Shown piece after piece: positions 59,866-64,000 of a stretch of 64,000 nucleotides of DNA (position 1 is the stretch's first letter; the number at the start of each line of letters is the position of its first letter). Under the pieces are notes generated by a model, which worked only from the letters and a program-made list of their open reading frames with translations, did not search any database and was not told the DNA's origin. This DNA is from the human T2T-CHM13v2.0 reference genome, Homo sapiens. The stretch lies in the NCBI RefSeq assembly GCF_009914755.1, contig NC_060940.1, one strand, 5' to 3'. The position numbers and the translations under genes were made by a program.

Positions 59866-61748
59866 TAGCTGGGATTATAGGTGTGTACCATCATGCCTGG
59901 CTAATTTTTATAATTTTAGTAGAGGCAGGGTTTTGCCATGTTGGCCAGGCTGGTCTCGAACCTGACCTCAGGTGAACCACCCGCCTCGGCCTCCCAAAGT
60001 GCTGGGATTAGAGGCATGAGCCACTGCGCCTGGCCAGAATAGATCTTTCTTGAGGTCCAGGGAAAAAGCCCTGGACTGCTGAATGACTCAGATCTTATGT
60101 GTGAGCCTGGCCCCCGGTGAGCCCCTCAGTCCTTCTGCCTGCTCTCTGCTTGCATCTCCATACCTGTCGTGATGGAATTTTGTCCCAGGTGACACAGGAG
60201 TTGTGGGGAGCAGGCTGGTTTCTCTACTCAATAGAGATGTAAGTGTTTTGGAAGATAATCCAATTTTTAAAATTGTGTTAAAAGGCTGGGTGGGGTGGCT
60301 CACACCTGTTATCCCAGCACTTTGGGTGGCCGAGGCAGGCAGATCACCTGAGGTCAGGAGTTCAAGACCAGTCTGGCCAACATGGTGAAACCCCGTCTGT
60401 AGTAAAAATACAAAAATTAGTTGGGTGTGGTGGTGAGCACCTGTAATCCCTGCTACTTGGGGGGCTGAGGCAGGGGGATCGCTTGAACCTGGGAGGCAGA
60501 GGTTTCAGTGAGCTGAAATCATGCCACTGCACTCCAGCCTGGGCATTTATTTATAAATAAATAAATAAATAGTGTTAAAATATACATATATAACCTAAAA
60601 TGTACTATTTTAACCAGTTTTTTTATTACAGTAAAATAATACAACATAAAATTACCATTTTAATGACTATCTTAAATTTTTAAAATTTTAAAATTATCCT
60701 GCCAACCAGAAGCACATTTTAACCATTTTGAAGTGTGTAGTTCAATGGCATTAAGTGCATTTGTACATTCATAGTGTTGTGCAGCCATTACCACTAAACA
60801 TCTCCAGAAGTTAAAAATTTTTTTTGTTGGTTAGGCAAGGTGGCTCACACCTGTAATCTCAGCACTTTGGGAGGCTGAGTCAGGAGGATCACTTGAATCC
60901 AAGAGTTGGAGACCAGTCTGGGCAACATAGGCACACCCCATCTGTACAAAAAATTTTAAAATTAGCTGGGTGTGGGGTAGTGCATGTCTGTAGTCCCAGC
61001 TCTTCAGGAGACTGAGGTGGGAGGACTGCTTGAGCCCAGGAGTTTAAGGCTGCAGTGAGTCATGATCATGCCACTGCACTCCAGTCTGGGCAACAGAGTG
61101 TGATCTTGTCTCAAAAATAAATAAAATAAATACATTTTTAAAAAGTATATATTTTTTAAGAGACAGGGGTCTCAGTATGTTGCCCAGGCTGGTCTTGAAC
61201 TCTTAATATCAAGCAACCCTCCCACCTCAGCCTCCCTCGTAGCTGGGATTACAGGCAGCAGCCCCTGTGCCCAGCTATCTCCGGAACTTTTTCATCTGGA
61301 TGATGGATAAGCAAAGCTCTGTACTCAGTTAAGCAATAACTTCCCATTGCCCCCTTTCCCAGCCCCAGCTAACCTCTGTTCTCCTTTCTGTTTCTGTGAA
61401 TTTGACTATTCCGGGTACCTTATCTAAATGGAATCCTACAATATTGGTCCTTTTGTGACTGGCTTGTTTCACTTAGCATAATGCCCTTATTTACACTGTA
61501 CCATGTGTCAGAATTTCATTCCTTTTTAAGGCTGAAAAATATTCCATTGTATGGATAGGCCATATTGTGTTTAATCATTCATCTGCTCATGGATGTCTGG
61601 GTGGTTTCCACTTTTCAGCTCTTGTAAATAATGTTGCTATTAACACGGGTGTTCAAGTATCACTTAAGCCCCCACTTTCAATTGTTTGGGGATATATATC
61701 ATAGGAGTGGAATTGCTAGACCATATAATTGAGAATCAAACTTTTTAA

Positions 61749-62042
<294 letters not shown>

Positions 62043-62167
62043 TGACCTCCCAATGTGTTGGGATTATGGGCATGAGCCACCACACCTGGCCTCCTATCTT
62101 TCTCTACAGCAACGTGATGAAGTAAATATAAACCCGAACTAATGGGCAAAACATTTTCCACTTTTAG

Positions 62168-62355
62168 GGGTTTTAAACTACCTGAAAGAGACATTTACCC
62201 ATACTCCAAGTTACGATATGATCCCTGCCATGCTCAGCGTGCTTGTCAAAATGATGCTTGCACAAACCCAAGAAAGTGTGTTTGAGAAAATCAGCCTTCC
62301 TGGGATCTGGAATGAATTCTTCATGCTGGTGAAGGTGGCTCAGGAGGCTGCCAAG
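62168..62355 (+). pseudogene. RHPN2: RHPN2 pseudogene exon 8 paralog
   Basis: [62 protein letters not shown]; acceptor ttttag, donor GTAAGA. Confidence 0.93.
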
Positions 62356-62764
62356 GTAAGACTCCCTGGGTCCTGTGACTTTGGGGAGTGGGCAGGAAAT
62401 GCTGGCACAGGAGCACTGGAAGTAGTGGGGCCTTCCCACGGGAGCTTGCCTGTGACCTGGGCATTGTGCCAGCTCCGGCCAGTACTGCTGGCTTGAGTTT
62501 TCTTGGCAAGTGTTGGTGTTTCAGATACGGATCACTGATTCCATCTGCAGCTTAACCTAAAAACCAGCATAATGACAGCAGCCTGATCCCCCTGTTAACT
62601 GTGACAATGACAGAACGAGGGGTTGCTTGGAGTTGCTCCCAGATTCTGGAGCAGCCCCTGGCAGGGGCTGTTACATGAGAAGAAGAAAGGGCTCTTTCTC
62701 TGCAAATGGGTTCATGAGGGCCCTTGTGCCGGGCTGCCCCTTCCCAATGCCCCTTCTATTTCAG

Positions 62765-62921
62765 GTGGGAGAGGTCTGCCAACAGCTGCACGCAGCCATG
62801 AGCCAGGTGCCGGTGAAAGAGAACATCCCCTACTCCTGGGCCAGCTTGGCCTGCGTGAAGGCCCACCACTATGCAGCCCTGGCCCACTACTTCACTGCCA
62901 TCCTCCTCATCGACCACCAGG
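62765..62921 (+). pseudogene. RHPN2: RHPN2 pseudogene exon 9 paralog
   Basis: VGEVCQQLHAAMSQVPVKENIPYSWASLACVKAHHYAALAHYFTAILLIDHQ; acceptor tttcag, donor GTAAGG. Confidence 0.93.
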
Positions 62922-63188
62922 GTAAGGCCTGTGGGGTTTGGGGGTTTGGCCAGGGCTGTGGTCCAGCTGCCCCAGGGGCGATTCTGAGCTGAGTGAGAGC
63001 TAACTTCCTTCCCTGGAGATGCTCACAGGCTGAAGGCAGAGGATGAGAATGACCCATGACTGAGGCAGCTGCTGCACAGGCCATGGTGGGGTTAGGGGTT
63101 ATAAGCTTCTTTAGAGGGAGGAAGAGGAGGCACCTTTAATTCTGCCTGTGTGCAAGAGGATGAATTTTCACCTGGAATCTAGAATCTA

Positions 63189-63608
<420 letters not shown>

Positions 63609-64000
63609 TTAATTTTATTTTATTTTATTTTATTTATTTTTAGAGATGGGGCTGGAGTGCAGTGGTATGATCATGGCTCACTGCCTTCTTGAACTCCTGG
63701 GCTCAAGCAATCCTCCCACTTCAGCCTCCTGAATACCTGGGACTATAGGCACATGCCACTACACCAGTTAATTGAAAAAAATTTTTTTCGTAGAGATGGA
63801 GTCTCACTATGTTGCCTAGGTTGGTTTCAAATTCCTGGCCTCAAGCAATTGTCCTGCCTTGGCCTCCCCAAAGTGTTGGGATTACAGGCATGAGCCATGG
63901 TGCCTGGCCAGGGATTTTTGATCTAATAAGTACTAATCCAGGCAGCCTCCCGAGGAATTAAAAAGACAGCCTCTGGAGCCAGACTTCCTGGGTTCATATC

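Overview
This is primate (almost certainly human) pericentromeric segmental-duplication DNA with no intact protein-coding gene. Left to right it is a mosaic: AT-rich DNA with old L1 and Alu elements (1-6.2 kb); a 3.8 kb nearly G-free (CATTT/CATCT)n satellite-like array; about 6 kb of CAGGG (Ig-switch-like) repeats; a REP522-like GC-rich repeat; and a decayed L1 ORF2 piece. Next comes a ~20.6 kb duplicon of 22q12.1, on the minus strand, carrying the TTC28 CpG island and exon 1 plus CHEK2 exons 11-15 (unprocessed pseudogene). A ~110 bp subtelomeric TAR1 fragment sits at the next junction. It is followed by an Alu-dense duplicon of RHPN2 (19q13) on the plus strand with exons 3 and 5-9; exon 4 was not found. 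This resembles the CHEK2P2/RHPN2P1-type blocks of 15q11 and their 16p11.2 relatives, but the exact copy cannot be assigned from sequence alone. The pseudo-exons carry codons matching reported CHEK2 and RHPN2 variants (K373E, Y390C, R474C, P509S, P536L; RHPN2 V73M). Parental gene comparisons rely on my recall of the reference proteins and should be confirmed by alignment. Nearly all ORFs in the supplied track are repeat-derived artefacts.
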